In this document: piece after piece, positions 63,404 through 64,000 of the stretch
Numbering within the stretch: the first letter of the stretch is position 1
Layout of the letters: each line of letters opens with the position of its first letter
DNA from: Anthoceros angustus
Lineage: Eukaryota > Plantae > Anthocerotophyta
Direction: 5' to 3'
Length of the DNA: 64,000 nucleotides
Assembly: GCA_010909165.1 (NCBI GenBank)
Contig: VJWM01000197.1
Span: 341,477-405,476, forward strand
Notes under the pieces: generated by a model
Database searches by the model: none
The model's input: the letters and a program-made list of their open reading frames with translations, nothing else
What the model was told of the DNA's origin: nothing
Made by a program: the position numbers and the translations under genes

Positions 63404-64000
63404 CAACTGTCCAGTATAGCCGTGGGGTATATGAGGGAGGAGAGTATTGTGGAACGCCAAATTTTGGGTCCACGGTTAGAAGAGGGGCGGATGCCTCTAG
63501 TTTGGCGAATGTATGAGCTCACGAGAAAGCGTATTAATGAGCTCAAGGCCAAGGGTGCATTAATGTAAGGAATGCACACAGAAGCGGTGAATAAGGTGAA
63601 TTATCTCTACAAAGAATGGCGGCCCACCGAGAAGAATGCTAACCAGCGATTACCTGCAGTTGCGGGCATAGGCTCAGAGCGTTTTGCGCGCCAAAATGAT
63701 GCAAACCAGATGCTCACAATGGCTCGCGCGGATCACGAGTATGCTCATGTTCTAATATCAACCCCATTAGAAGCTACCTTCATTACCAAGAAAAGGAAGC
63801 CTTGGGCCTCGAGCATCATGATGAACTTCATAATGACATATATTTATGTGGACCCCTCAATCTTTGCCTCACTACTATGGATGGCACCAGGGAGTATACT
63901 TCTACCGCTTTTGCATCCTCATTCACCTAATAAGCCTCATCAATGCCCGCCGCTCTTCCAAATCCGAAGTTGCGGTTAAGCCGGATGGTGGATCGACCGG

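Noticed and set aside
63380-63979. Stop-interrupted ORF at the right edge
   Set aside because: No recognisable motif; probably decayed TE sequence.

Overview
Eukaryotic nuclear DNA from a land plant. Short (~90-100 nt) introns, very dense genes, DET1/SLP2/bimodular GCH1 and two cilia/centriole genes suggest a non-seed plant with flagellated sperm; hornwort-like is my inference. Three zones. (1) 1-23.9 kb, AT-rich and repeat-rich: two tandem intronless SLP2 phosphatases plus a short relic of a third, minisatellites, a 9-exon orphan gene invisible in the ORF track, a ~5 kb block-shuffled duplication joined at short microhomologies, a frameshifted CRE-clade non-LTR retrotransposon, a putative solo LTR and a LINE endonuclease fragment. 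(2) 24.5-59.7 kb, GC-rich gene island: unknown protein, class I glutamine amidotransferase-like gene with the catalytic Cys replaced by Ser, F-box/LRR, CMC1-like twin-CX9C, SWAP1/CHERP, small membrane protein, MAD1, DET1 with a very large insert, head-to-head ENKD1-like and CCDC57-like genes, MAKR-like, GCH1. (3) 60-64 kb, repeats including a long inverted-repeat pair. Best candidates for new biology: a probable CMC1/F-box-LRR bicistronic unit, a chain of three ATGA stop/start overlaps in the GCH1 leader, the divergent ciliary gene pair sharing a CCGTYA-rich spacer, and the Ser-nucleophile amidotransferase. Gene models and family calls were made by eye from remembered motifs; no searches were run.
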